64,000 nt of DNA from Eledone cirrhosa. Taxonomy: Eukaryota. Made by a program: the position numbers and the translations under genes. Shown in pieces: positions 40,501 to 53,667 of the stretch. The stretch lies in NCBI GenBank assembly GCA_964016885.1, contig OZ024766.1, forward strand, positions 14,198,001-14,262,000. Direction: 5' to 3'. Below the pieces are notes generated by a model. It did no database searches, had not been told where the DNA came from, and saw only the letters and a list, made by a program, of their open reading frames with translations. Position 1 is the stretch's first letter. The number at the start of each line of letters is the position of its first letter.

Positions 40501-41160
40501 GTGGACAGATTGTTGTGAATATTTACAGTATTACAGTAAAGACTTTAATATTTAATGTGAAGTAGTCATAGTGTTGTTTTGTACTAAATGTTTATAGTAT
40601 CTTTACTGGTAGACAGATTGTTGTAAATATTTACAGTATTACCGTAAAGACTTTAATATTTAATGTGATGTAGTCATAGTGTTGTTTTGTACTAAATGTT
40701 TATAGTATCTTTACTGGTGGACAGATTGTTGTGAATATTTACAGTATTACAGTAAAGACTTTAATATTTAATGTGATGTAGTCATAGTGTTGTTTTGTAC
40801 TAAATGTTTATAGTATCTTTACTGGTGGACAGATTGTTGTGAATATTTACAGTATTACAGTAAAGACTTTAATATTTAATGTGATGTAGTCATAGTGTTG
40901 TTTTGTACTAAATGTTTATAGTATCTTTACTGGTAGACAGATTGTTGTAAATATTTACAGTATTACCGTAAAGACTTTAATATTTAATGTGATGTAGTCA
41001 TAGTGTTGTTTTGTACTAAATGTTTATAGTATCTTTACTGGTGGACAGATTGTTGTGAATATTTACAGTATTACAGTAAAGACTTTAATATTTAATGTGA
41101 TGTAGTCATAGTGTTGTTTTGTACTAAATGTTTATAGTATCTTTACTGGTGAACAGATTG
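37561..41160. repeat. 108-bp AT-rich satellite (~33 copies)
   Basis: Unit tttatagtatctttactggtggacagattgttgtgaatatttacagtattacagtaaagactttaatatttaatgtgatgtagtcatagtgttgttttgtactaaatg. Confidence 0.97.
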
Positions 41161-41252
41161 TTGCCTTTCATCCTTACGGGGTCGATAAAATAAAGTACCA
41201 GTAATACACTGGGATAATTGCTGGCCTTGTGCCAAACATAGAAACAATTATT
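41161..41252 (+). mobile_element. 5'-truncated SINE B
   Basis: ttgcctttcatccttacggggtcgataaaataaagtaccagt...gaaacaattatt. Confidence 0.85.
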
Positions 41253-41327
41253 ACTATTTAAATATTAAAAAGGAAAACAAGAAATACAAACTGTATGTTT
41301 GGTTGAAAGCATCACAACATAACTTAC

Positions 41328-41430
41328 CAGGTATTTGGTCTTGCAGCAATGTCTCTGCAGCAGGATTTGAAGCTTGTGATACTGAGTTGGATATGAGGAC
41401 AGCTTGAGGTGAAATGCCTTGAAGCACACC
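41328..41430 (-). CDS. TERT: TERT penultimate coding exon
   Basis: Acceptor ctttcccatatctag, donor ctg|gtaagt; 103 nt, phase 2 to 0; encodes (W)VCFKAFHLKLSSYPTQYHKLQILLQRHCCKTKYL (compare human [22 protein letters not shown]). Confidence 0.87.
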
Positions 41431-41505
41431 CTAGATATGGGAAAGAATGGAAGGAGAGACATGTTTGAAGGAGACCCTGATATACTTAACATGTATTTGT
41501 CTGTT

Positions 41506-44215
41506 TCATCACAGACCAAGTCAGTCCTCAAGCAGAGCTACTGACCTCTAAGAGAGGTCATCACAGACCAAGTCAGACCTAAAGCAGAGATACAGACCTC
41601 TATGACAGGTCATCACAGACCAAGTCAGTCCACAAGCAGAGCTACTGACCTCTAAGACAGGTCATCACAGACCAAGTCAGTCCTCAAGCAGAGCTACTGA
41701 CCTCTAAGAGAGGTCATCACAGACCAAGTCAGTCCTCAAGCAGAGCTACTGACCTCTAAGACAGGTCATCACAGACCAAGTCAGTCCTCAAGCAGAGCTA
41801 CTGACCTCTAAGACAGGTCATCACAGACCAAGTCAGTCCTCAAGCAGAGCTACTGACCTCTAAGAGAGGTCATCAAGGACCAAGTCAGTCCTCAAGCAGA
41901 GCTACTGACCTCTAAGAGAGGTCATCAAGGACCAAGTCAGTCCTCAAGCAGAGCTACTGACCTCTAAGACAGGTCATCACTGACCAAGTCAGTCCTCAAG
42001 CAGAGCTACTGACCTCTATGACAGGTCATCACAGACCAAATCAGTCCTCAAGCAGAGCTACTGACCTCTATGACAGGTCATCAAGGACCAAGTCAGTCCT
42101 CAAGCAGAGCTACTGACCTCTATGACAGGTCATCACAGACCAAGTCAGTCCTCAAGCAGAGCTACTGACCTCTAAGAGAGGTCATCAAGGACCAAGTCAG
42201 TCCTCAAGCAGAGCTACTGACCTCTAAGAGAGGTCATCAAGGACCAAGTCAGTCCTCAAGCAGAGCTACTGACCTCTAAGACAGGTCATCACAGACCAAG
42301 TCAGTCCTCAAGCAGAGCTACTGACCTCTATGACAGGTCATCAAGGACCAAGTCAGTCCTCAAGCAGAGCTACTGACCTCTAAGACAGGTCATCACAGAC
42401 CAAGTCAGTCCTCAAGCAGAGCTACTGACCTCTAAGAGAGGTCATCAAGGACCAAGTCAGTCCTCAAGCAGAGCTACTGACCTCTAAGACAGGTCATCAC
42501 AGACCAAGTCAGTCCTCAAGCAGAGCTACTGACCTCTAAGAGAGGTCATCAAGGACCTAGTCAGTCCTCAAGCAGAGCTACTGACCTCTATGACAGGTCA
42601 TCAAGGACCAAGTCAGTCCTCAAGCAGAGCTACTGACCTCTAAGAGAGGTCATCAGACCAAGTCAGTCCTCAAGCAGAGCTACTGACCTCTAAGACAGGT
42701 CATCACAGACCAAGTCAGTCCTCAAGCAGAGCTACTGACCTCTAAGAGAGGTCATCAAGGACCAAGTCAGTCCTCAAGCAGAGCTACTGACCTCTAAGAG
42801 AGGTCATCAAGGACCAAGTCAGTCCTCAAGCAGAGCTACTGACCTCTAAGACAGGTCATCACAGACCAAGTCAGTCCTCAAGCAGAGCTACTGACCTCTA
42901 TGACAGGTCATCACAGACCAAATCAGTCCTCAAGCAGAGCTACTGACCTCTATGACAGGTCATCACAGACCAAGTCAGTCCTCAAGCAGAGCTACTGACC
43001 TCTATGAGAGGTCATCAAGGACCAAGTCAGTCCTCAAGCAGAGCTACTGACCTCTAAGAGAGGTCATCAAGGACCAAGTCAGTCCTCAAGCAGAGCTACT
43101 GACCTCTAAGACAGGTCATCACAGACCAAGTCAGTCCTCAAGCAGAGCTACTGACCTCTATGACAGGTCATCAAGGACCAAGTCAGTCCTCAAGCAGAGC
43201 TACTGACCTCTAAGACAGGTCATCAAGGACCAAGTCAGTCCTCAAGCAGAGCTACTGACCTCTAAGAGAGGTCATCAAGGACCAAGTCAGTCCTCAAGCA
43301 GAGCTACTGACCTCTAAGACAGGTCATCACAGACCAAGTCAGTACTCAAGCAGAGCTACTGACCTCTAAGAGAGGTCATCAAGGACCAAGTCAGTCCTGA
43401 AGCAGAGCTACTGACCTCTAAGACAGGTCATCACAGACCAAGTCAGTCCTCAAGCAGAGCTACTGACCTCTAAGAGAGGTCATCAAGGACCTAGTCAGTC
43501 CTCAAGCAGAGCTACTGACCTCTATGACAGGTCATCAAGGACCAAGTCAGTCCTCAAGCAGAGCTACTGACCTCTAAGAGAGGTCATCAGACCAAGTCAG
43601 TCCTCAAGCAGAGCTACTGACCTCTAAGACAGGTCATCACAGACCAAGTCAGTCCTCAAGCAGAGCTACTGACCTCTAAGAGAGGTCATCAAGGACCAAG
43701 TCATTCCTCAAGCAGAGCTACTGACCTCTAAGAGAGGTCATCAAGGACCAAGTCAGTCCTCAAGCAGAGCTACTGACCTCTATAACAGGTCATCAAGGAC
43801 CAAGTCAGTCCTCAAGCAGAGCTACTGACCTCTAAGACAGGTCATCACAGACCAAGTCAGTCCTCAAGCAGAGCTACTGACCTCTAAGAGAGGTCATCAA
43901 GGACCAAGTCAGTCCTCAAGCAGAGCTACTGACCTCTAAGACAGGTCATCACAGACCAAGTCAGTCCTCAAGCAGAGCTACTGATCTCTAAGAGAGGTCA
44001 TCAAGGACCAAGTCAGCCCTCAAGCAGAGCTGACCTCTAAGAGAGGTCATCAAGGACCAAGTCAGTCCTCAAGCAGAGCTACTGACCTCTAAGACAGGTC
44101 ATCACAGACCAAGTCAGTCCTCAAGCAGAGCTACTGACCTCTATGAGAAGTCATCAAGGACCAAGTCAGTCCTCAAGCAGAGCTAGTGACCTCTATGACA
44201 GGTCATCACAGACCA
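41506..44215. repeat. 52-bp minisatellite (~52 copies)
   Basis: Unit gtcatcacagaccaagtcagtcctcaagcagagctactgacctctaagacag. Confidence 0.96.
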
Positions 44216-47200
44216 GTTCACTACTCAGAGAGTACTGACCTCTCAGACAGGTCATCACAGACCAGGTCGCTACTCAGAGAGAGTACTGACCTCTCAGACA
44301 GGTCATCACAGACCAGGTCACTACTCAGAGAGTACTGACCTCTCAGACAGGTCACTACTCAGAGAGAGCCACTGACCTCTCAGACAGGTCATCACAGACC
44401 AGGTCAGTACTCAGAGAGTACTGACGTCTCGGACAGGTCATCACAGACCAGGTCACTACTCAGAGTACTGACCTCACGGACAGGTCATCACAGACCAGGT
44501 CAGTACTCAGAGAGAGGCACTGACCTCTCGGACAGGTTATCACAGACAAGGTCACTACTCAGAGAGTACTGACCTCTCGGACAGGTCATCACAGACCAGG
44601 TCACTACTCAGAGAGTACTGACCTCTCGGACAGGTCATCACAGACCAGGTCACTACTCAGAGAGTACTGACCTCTCGGACAGGTCATCACAGACCAGGTC
44701 ACAACTCAGAGAGAGTACTGACCTCTCGGACAGGTCATCACAGACCAGGTCACTACTCAGAGAGTACTGACCTCTCGGACAGGTCATCACAGACCAGGTC
44801 ACTACTCAGAGAATACCGACCTCTCTGACAGGTCATCACAGACCAGGTCACTACTCAGAGAGCCACTGACCTCTCAGACAGGTCAGTACTCAGAGAGAGG
44901 CACTGACCTCTCGGACAGGTCATCACAGACCAGGTCACTACTCAGAGAGAGCCACTGACCTCACAGACAGGTCATCACAGACCAGGTCAGTACTCAGAGA
45001 GAGGCACTGACCTCTCGGACAGGTCATCACTGACCAGGTCACTACTCAGAGAGTACTGACCTCTCGGACAGGTCATCACAGACCAGGTCACTACTCAGAG
45101 AGAGCCACTGACCTCTCAGACAGGTTATCACAGACCAGGTCACTACTCAGAGAGTACTGACCTCTCGGACAGGTCATCACAGACCAGGTCAGTACTCAGA
45201 GAGTACTGACCTCTCGGACAGGTCATCACAGACCAGGTCACTACTCAGAGAGTACTGACCTCTCGGACAGGTCATCACAGACCAGGTCACTACTGAGAGA
45301 GTACTGACCTCTCATACAGGTCATCACAGACCAGGTCACTACTCAGAGAGAGCCACTGACCTCTCGGACAGGTCATCACAGACCAGGTCACTACTCAGAG
45401 AGAGCCACTGACCTCTCGGACAGGTCATCACAGACCAGGTCACTACTCAGAGAGTACTGACCTCTCGGACAGGTCATCACAGACCAGGTCACTACTCAGA
45501 GAGAGCCACTGACCTCACAGACAGGTCATCACAGACCAGGTCACTACTCAGAGTACTGACCTCTCGGACAGGTCATCACAGACCAGGTCACTACTCAGAG
45601 AGAGTCACTGACCGCTCGGACAGGTCATCACAGACCAGGTCACTACTCAGAGAGTACTGACCTCTCGGACAGGTCATCACAGACCAGGTCACTATTCAGA
45701 GAGTACTGACCTCTCAGACAGGTCATCACAGACCAGGTCACTACTCAGAGAGTCACTGACCTCTCAGACAGGTCATCACAGACCAGGTCACTACTCAGAG
45801 AGTACTGACCTCTCGGACAGGTCATCACAGACCAGGTCACTACTCAGAGAGTACTGACCTCTCGGACAGGTCATCACAGACCAGGTCACTACTCAGAGAG
45901 AGTCACTGACCTCTCGGACAGGTCATCACAGACCAGGTCACTACTCAGAGTACTGACCTCTCGGACAGGTCATCACAGACCAGGTCACTACTCAGAGAGT
46001 CACTGACCTCTCAGACAGGTCATCACAGACCAGGTCACTACTCAGAGAGTACTGACCTCTCGGACAGGTCATCACAGACCAGGTCACTACTCAGGGAGTA
46101 CTGACCTCTCAGACAGGTCATCACAGACCAGGTCACTACTCAGAGAGTACTGACCTCTCGGACAGGTCACTACTCAGAGAGTACTGACCTCTCAGACAGG
46201 TCATCACAGACAAGGTCACTACTCAGAGAGTACTGACCTCGCAGACAGGTCATCACAGACCAGGTCACTACTCAGAGAGTACTGACCTCTCGGACAGGTC
46301 ATCACAGACCAGGTCACTACTCAGAGAGTACTGACCTCTCAGACAGGTCATCACAGACCAGGTCACTACTCAGAGTACTGACCTCTGGGACAGGTCATCA
46401 CAGACCAGGTCAGTACTCAGAGAGTACTGACCTCTCAGACAGGTCATCACAGACCAGGTCACTACTCAGAGTACTGACCTCTCGGACAGGTAATCACAGA
46501 CCAGGTCAGTACTCAGAGTACTGACCTCTCGGACCGGTCATCACAGACCAGGTCACTACTCAGAGAGCCACTGACCTCTCAGACAGGTCATCACAGACCA
46601 GGTCACTACTCAGAGAGTACTGACCTCTCAGACAGGTCATCACAGACCAGGTCACTACTCAGAGAGCCACTGACCTCTCAGACAGGTCATCACAGACCAG
46701 GTCACTACTCAGAGAGTACTGACCTCTCGGACAGATCACAGACCAGGCCACTACTCAGAGAGTACTGACCTCTCGGACAGGTCATCACAGACCAGGTCAC
46801 TACTCAGAGAGTACTGACCTCTCGGACAGATCACAGACCAGGTCACTACTCAGAGAGTACTGACCTCTCGGACAGGTCATCACAGACCAGGTCACTACTC
46901 AGAGAGTACTGACCTCTCGGACAGGTCATCACAGACCAGGTCAGTACTCAGAGAGTACTGACCTCTCAGACAGGTCATCACAGACCAGGTCACTACTCAG
47001 AGTACTGACCTCTCGGACAGGTAATCACAGACCAGGTCAGTACTCAGAGTACTGACCTCTCGGACAGGTCATCACAGACCAGGTCACTACTCAGAGAGTA
47101 CTGACCTCTCAGACAGGTCATCACAGACCAGGTCACTACTCAGAGAGAGCCACTGACCTCTCAGACAGGTCATCACAGACCAGGTCACTACTCAGAGAGT

Positions 47201-50200
47201 ACTGACCTCTCGGACAGATCACAGACCAGGTCATTACTCAGAGAGTACTGACCTCTCGGACAGGTCATCACAGACCAGGTCAGTACTCAGAGAGAGGCAC
47301 TGACCTCTCGGACAGGTTATCACAGACCAGGTCACTACTTAGAGTACTGACCTCTCGGACAGATCACAGACCAGGTCACTACTCAGAGAGTAGACCTCTC
47401 GGACAGGTCATCACAGACCAGGTCACTACTCAGAGAGAGCCACTGACCTCTCGGACAGGTCATCACAGACCAGGTCACTACTCAGAGAGCACTGACCTCT
47501 CGGACAGGTCATCACAGACCAGGTCACTACTCAGAGAGCACTGACCTCTCGGACAGGTCATCACAGACCAGGTCACTACTCAGAGAGCACTGACCTCTCG
47601 GACAGGTCATCACAGACCAGGTCACTACTCAGAGAGCACTGACCTCTCGGACAGGTCATCACAGACCAGGTCACTACTCAGAGAGTACTGACCTCTCGGA
47701 CAGGTCACTACTCAGAGTACTGACCTCTCGGACAGGTCATCACAGACCAGGTCACTACTCAGAGAGAGCCACTGACCTCTCAGACAGGTCATCACAGACC
47801 AGGTCACTACTCAGAGAGTACTGACCTCTCGGACAGGTCATCACAGACAAGGTCACTACTAAGAGAGAGCCACTGACCTCTCAGACAGGTCATCACAGAC
47901 CAGGTCACTACTCAGAGAGTACTGACCTCTCGGACAGGTCATCACAGACCAGGTCACTACTCAGAGAGTACTGACCTCTCGGACAGGTCATCACAGACCA
48001 GGTCACTACTCAGAGAGAGCCATTGACCTCTCGGACAGGTCATCACAGACCAGGTCAGTACTCAGAGAGAGCCACTGACCTCTTGGACAGGTCATCACAG
48101 ACCAGGTCACTACTCAGAGAGAGTCACGGACCTCTCATAAAGGTCATCACAGACCAGGTCACTACTCAGAGAGTACTGACCTCTCGGACAGGTCATCACA
48201 GACAAGGTCACTACTCAGAGAGAGCCACTGACCTCTCGGACAGGTCATCACAGACCAGGTCACTATTCAGAGAGTACTGACCTCTCGGACAGGTCATCAC
48301 AGACCAGGTCAGTACTCAGAGAGAGTACTGACCTCTCGGACAGGTCATCACAGACCAGGTCAGTACTCAGAGAGAGTACTGACCTCTCGGACAGGTCATC
48401 ACAGACCAGGTCACTACTCAGAGAGAGTCACTGACCTCTCGGACAGGTCATCACAGACCAGGTCACTACTCAGAGAGTACTGACCTCTCGGACAGGTTAT
48501 CACAGACCAGGTCACTACTCAGAGAGTCACTGACCTCTCGGACAGGTCATCACAGACCAGGTCACTACTCAGAGAGTACTGACTTCTCAGACAGGTCATC
48601 ACAGACCAGGTCACTACTCAGAGAGAGCCACTGACCTCTCAGACAGGTCATCACAGACCAGGTCAGTACTCAGAGTACTGACCTCTCGGACAGGTCATCA
48701 CAGACCAGGGCACTACTCAGAGAGTACTGACCTCTCGGACAGGTCATCACAGACCAGGTCACTACTCAGAGTACTGACCTCTCGGACAGGTAATCACAGA
48801 CCAGGTCAGTACTCAGAGAGTACTGACCTCTCGGACAGATAAGAGACCAGGTCACTACTCAGAGTACTGACCTCTCGGACAGGTCATCACAGACCAGGTC
48901 ACTACTCAGAGAGAGCCACTGACCTCTCGGACAGGTCATCACAGACCAGGTCACTACTCAGAGAGTACTGACCTCTCGGACAGGTCATCACAGACCAGGT
49001 CAGTACTCAGAGAGAGTACTGACCTCTCGGACAGGTCATCACAGACCAGGTCACTACTCAGAGTACTGACCTCTCAGACAGGTCATCACAGACCAGGTCA
49101 CTACTCAGAGAGTACTGACCTCTCGGACAGGTCATCACAGACCAGGTCACTACTCAGAGAGAGCCACTGACCTCTCGGACAGGTCATCACAGACCAGGTC
49201 ACTACTCAGAGAGCACTGACCTATCGGACAGGTCATCACAGACCAGGTCACTACTCAGAGAGAGTCACTGACCTCTCGGACAGGTCACTACTCAGAGAGT
49301 ACTGACCTCTCGGACAGGTCATCACAGACCAGGTCACTACTCAGAGAGTACTGACCTCTCGGACAGGTCACTACTCAGAGAGAGCCATTGACCTCTCGGA
49401 CAGGTCATCACAGACCAGGTCAGTACTCAGAGAGAGCCACTGACCTCTCAGACAGGTCATCACAGACCAGGTCACTACTCAGAGAGTCACTGACCTCTCA
49501 TACAGGTCATCACAGACCAGGTCACTACTCAGAGAGTCACTGACCTCTCATACAGGTCATCACAGACCAGGTCACTACTTAGAGAGTACTGACCTCTCGG
49601 ACAGGTCATCACAGACCAGGTCACTACTCAGAGAGAGCCACTGACCTCTCGGACAGGTCATCACAGACCAGGTCACTACTCAGAGAGAGTCACTGACCTC
49701 TCGGACAGGTCATCACAGACCAGGTCACTACTCAGAGAGTACTGACCTCTCGGACAGGTCATCACAGACCAGGTCACTACTCAGAGAGTACTGACCTCTC
49801 GGACAGGTCATCACAGACCAGGTCACTACTCAGAGAGAGAGTCACTGACCTCTCAGACAGGTCATCACAGACCAGGTCACTGACCTCTCGGACAGGTCAT
49901 CATCGACCAGGTCACTACTCAGAGAGAGTCACTGACCTCTCGGACAGGTCATCACAGACCAGGTCACTACTCAGAGAGTACTGACCTCTTGGACAGGTCA
50001 TCACAGACCAGGTCACTACTCAGAGAGAGTAACTGACCTCTCGGACAGGTCATCACAGACCAGGTCACTACTCAGAGAGTACTGACCTCTCGGACAGGTC
50101 AGTACTCAGAGAGAGTACTGACCTCTCGGACAGGTCATCACAGACCAGGTCACTACTCAGAGAGATTACTGACCTCTCGGACAGGTCATCACAGACCAGG

Positions 50201-50421
50201 TCACTACTCAGAGAGTACTGACCTCTCGGACAGGTCAGTACTCAGAGAGAGTACTGACCTCTCGGACAGGTCATCACAGACCAGGTCACTACTCAGAGAG
50301 TACTGAGCTCTCGGACAGGTCATCACAGACCAGGTCAGTACTCAGAGAGTGTACTGACCTCTCGGACAGGTCATCACGGACCAGGTCACTACTCAATCAG
50401 AGAGAGCCACTGACCTCTCAG
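44216..50421. repeat. ~49-bp (47-53) palindromic minisatellite (~125 copies), sister variant of the 52-mer
   Basis: Unit ggtcatcacagaccaggtcactactcagagagtactgacctctcggaca. Confidence 0.96.
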
Positions 50422-50796
50422 ATGAAGTGGAGACCTCAATCTTCCTTTCTTACATACTCACACTCTACTGGGTGCCCAAACAGAGCAGTGGTCAGCATCT
50501 CGCTTACATATGTCTTAACGCTCAACAGAATGTATTTTATAGTGGCACCCACACTAGGGAGGTTGTCATGTCCTTGACCCTTTATTTAGCAGGTTTTCTA
50601 CAGCATGATACTCATCCTAACACCAACCACTGGCTCCTCCCATCTCTTAGTTTGGCAAGTTTTCTATGGCTGGATGTATACCATCAACCACTTGACAGAG
50701 TGTACTGGGTGTGTCACTAGCACTAGGGAGGTTGGTCGTTAACAGAACTGAAGGGACCTTACTTGGCAAGTGGGTACATATGAAATTTTTACATAC

Positions 50797-50852
50797 CATT
50801 CATTCTCTTCGAAATTCAGTGGATATGAATCACTGTCGTTGGTTCCTTTCAT
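50797..50852 (-). CDS. TERT: TERT coding exon
   Basis: Acceptor ttgttttacag, donor atg|gtatgt; 56 nt, phase 0 to 2; encodes MKGTNDSDSYPLNFEENE(W) (compare human GPLPSEAVQW). Confidence 0.82.
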
Positions 50853-50967
50853 CTGTAAAACAATAACAACAACAATAATAATCATAATACAATAAAAGGA
50901 GTGTGAGGCTGAGACCCGAATATATTTGTTTATCCCGTTAGTAAAATAAGTTAGATTACTTTGAATA

Positions 50968-51395
50968 AATAATTGTTTCTACTGTTGGCACAAGGCCAGC
51001 AATTACCCCAGTACATTACTGGTACTTTATTTTATCAACCCTGTAATAATTGTTTCTACTTTTGGGGGCACAAGGCCAGCAATTACCCCAGTACATTACT
51101 GGTACTTTATTTTATCAACCCTGTAATAATTGTTTCTACTTTTGGGGGCACAAGGCCAGCAATTACCCCAGTACATTACTGGTACTTTATTTTATCGACC
51201 CTGTAATAATTGTTTCCATTTTTGGCACAAGGCCAGCAATTACCCCAGTACATTACTGGTACTTTATTTTATCGACCCTGTAAGGATGAAAGGCAAAGTT
51301 AACCTCGGCGGGATTTGAACTCAGAACCTAAAGTGCCATAACTCTATGCGTCAAAGCATGGTGTCCGACCCTCTACTGATACTGCCAATCCACCG
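50968..51395 (-). mobile_element. SINE B with 3' segment repeated four times, embedded in a MITE remnant (about 50890-51465)
   Basis: Reverse complement of SINE B; both flanks are inverted homologues of the flanks of the 59401 copy. Confidence 0.85.
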
Positions 51396-51480
51396 TAATG
51401 AATGATTATTACATAATTTATCTACCAAATTTCGTAGCTCTTGATTGTCAACACTTCCAGTTATGATATAACATACGCCA

Positions 51481-52454
51481 TGGAGGCACATGGCTTACAG
51501 GTTAGAGCATTGGCCTGGCAATCGAAAGGTTGTGAGTTCAATTCTCAGACCAGGTGATGTGTTGTTTCCTTGAGCAAGACACTTTATTTCACATTGCTCC
51601 AGTTTACACAGCTGTAGAAATGAGATGAGAGGGACTGGGGTTCATATCATTCCACTGCAAAGTGGTCGTGGAGGTGCCACGGCTAAAAAGCACCCAGCAC
51701 TCACTGTAAAGTGGTCGTGGAGGTGCCACGGCAAGAAAGCACCCAGCACTCACTGTAAAGTGGTCGTGGAGGTGCCACGGCTAAAAAGCACCCAGCACTC
51801 ACTGTAAAGTGGTCGTGGAGGTGCCACGGCAAGAAAGCACCCAGCACTCACTGTAAAGTGGTCGTGGAGGTGCCACGGCTAAAAAGCACCCAGCACTCAC
51901 TGTAAAGTGGTCGTGGAGGTGCCATGGCAAAAAAGCACCCAGCACTCACTGTAAAGTGGTCGTGGAGGTGCCACGGCAAGAAAGCACCCAGCACTCACTG
52001 TAAAGTGGTCGTGGAGGTGCCACGGCAAGAAAGCACCCAGCACTCACTGTAAAGTGGTCGTGGAGGTGCCACGGCAAAAAAGCACCCAGCACTCACTGTA
52101 AAGTGGTCGTGGAGGTGCCACGGCAAGAAAGCACCCAGCACTCACTGTAAAGTGGTCGTGGAGGTGCCACGGCTAAAAAGCACCCAGCACTCACTGTAAA
52201 GTGGTCGTGGAGGTGCCACGGCAAGAAAGCCCCCAGCACTCACTGTAAAGTGGTCGTGGAGGTGCCACGGCTAAAAAGGCAGCCAGCACTCACTGTAAAG
52301 TGGTCGTGGAGGTGCCACGGCTAAAAAGCACCCAGCACTCACTGTAAATGAGGTTGGTGTTAGGAAGGGCATCCAGCTGTAGAAATCAAGCCAGAATCAG
52401 TTCCCGTCCCACCCTTGCAAGCAGGGAAAAGTGGACGTAAAATGATGATGATGA
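51481..52454 (+). mobile_element. SINE A with ~14 copies of the 49-bp unit
   Basis: A/B boxes at 51491-51546; array at about 51653-52349; RTE-type tail and (gat)n. Confidence 0.92.
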
Positions 52455-52580
52455 TATATTTCTATATTTGCCACAAGGGCGCACAAGAAAAGGGGTCAAT
52501 ACAAAGACACATGCCGGGGATTTTACATAGAGTCGTGTAAAAATATTGAAACAAACAAATTTAACAATCGAAATCCCCAG

Positions 52581-53218
52581 GGATTGCATTACATGTGGGG
52601 CTGGAGGGACAGTGGGAGTGCATTACATGTGGGGCTGGAGGGACAGTGGGAGTGGATTACATGTGGGGCTGGAGGGACAGTGGGAGTGCATTACATGTGG
52701 GGCTGGAGGGACAGTGGGAGTGCATTACATGTGGGGCTGGAGGGACAGTGGGAGTGCATTACATGTGGGGCTGGAGGGACAGTGGGAGTGCATTACATGT
52801 GGGGCTGGAGGGACAGTGGGATTGCATTACATGTGGGGCTGGAGGGACAGTGGGAGTGCATTACATGTGGGGCTGGAGGGACAGTGGGAGTGGATTACAT
52901 GTGGGGATGGAGGGACAGTGGGAGTGCATTACATGTGGGGCTGGAGGGACAGTGGGAGTGGATTACATGTGGGGCTGGAGGGACAGTGGGAGTGCATTAC
53001 ATGTGGGGCTGGAGGGACAGTGGGAGTGCATTACATGTGGGGCTGGAGGGACAGTGGGAGTGGATTACATGTGGGGCTGGAGGGACAGTGGGAGTGCATT
53101 ACATGTGGGGATGGAGGGACAGTGGGATTGCATTACATGTGGGGATGGAGGGACAGTGGGAGTGCATTACATGTGGGGCTGGAGGGACAGTGGGAGTGGA
53201 TTACATGTGGGGCTGGAG
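52581..53218 (+). repeat. 32-bp G-rich minisatellite (~20 copies)
   Basis: Unit gcattacatgtggggctggagggacagtgggagt. Confidence 0.96.
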
Positions 53219-53563
53219 AGAGTGGTATATGTAGCACACCACCACTACAGATACCACCACCACCTTCACAAACAAAAAACTCCCAGGCCTCCCCATCCCA
53301 CCCTCACATATCCCCCAGTTACCCACCTTCCCCCCTCCCATGTCCTCCAGTTACCCACCTACCCATGTCCCCCACCTCCCTCCCTCTCACGTCCCCCAGT
53401 TACCCCTCTACGCCCCTCCCATGTGCCCCAGTTAGCCACCATCCTCTCTCCCATGTCCCCCAGTTACCCCGTCCCATGTCTCCCGTTACCCACTTACTCC
53501 CTCCCCATATCCCCCAGTTACCCACCTCCCTCCCTCCCATGTCCCCCACCTACCTCTACTCAC

Positions 53564-53622
53564 CTTCTTCATGTGGAAACGTGTTTGCTGGATGAAGTAG
53601 CTGGCAATATGTCGGATACCAT
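53564..53622 (-). CDS. TERT: TERT coding exon
   Basis: Acceptor ctattttcag, donor aag|gtgagt; 59 nt, phase 1 to 0; encodes (N)GIRHIASYFIQQTRFHMKK (compare human RVISDTASLCYSILK). Confidence 0.87.
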
Positions 53623-53667
53623 CTGAAAATAGAAACATTATATATGTAGGGCCCCCGTTTTGACATA

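Noticed and set aside
51481-51555. tRNA gene
   Set aside because: It is the tRNA-derived head of SINE A and continues into SINE body and LINE tail; it occurs three times in the window.
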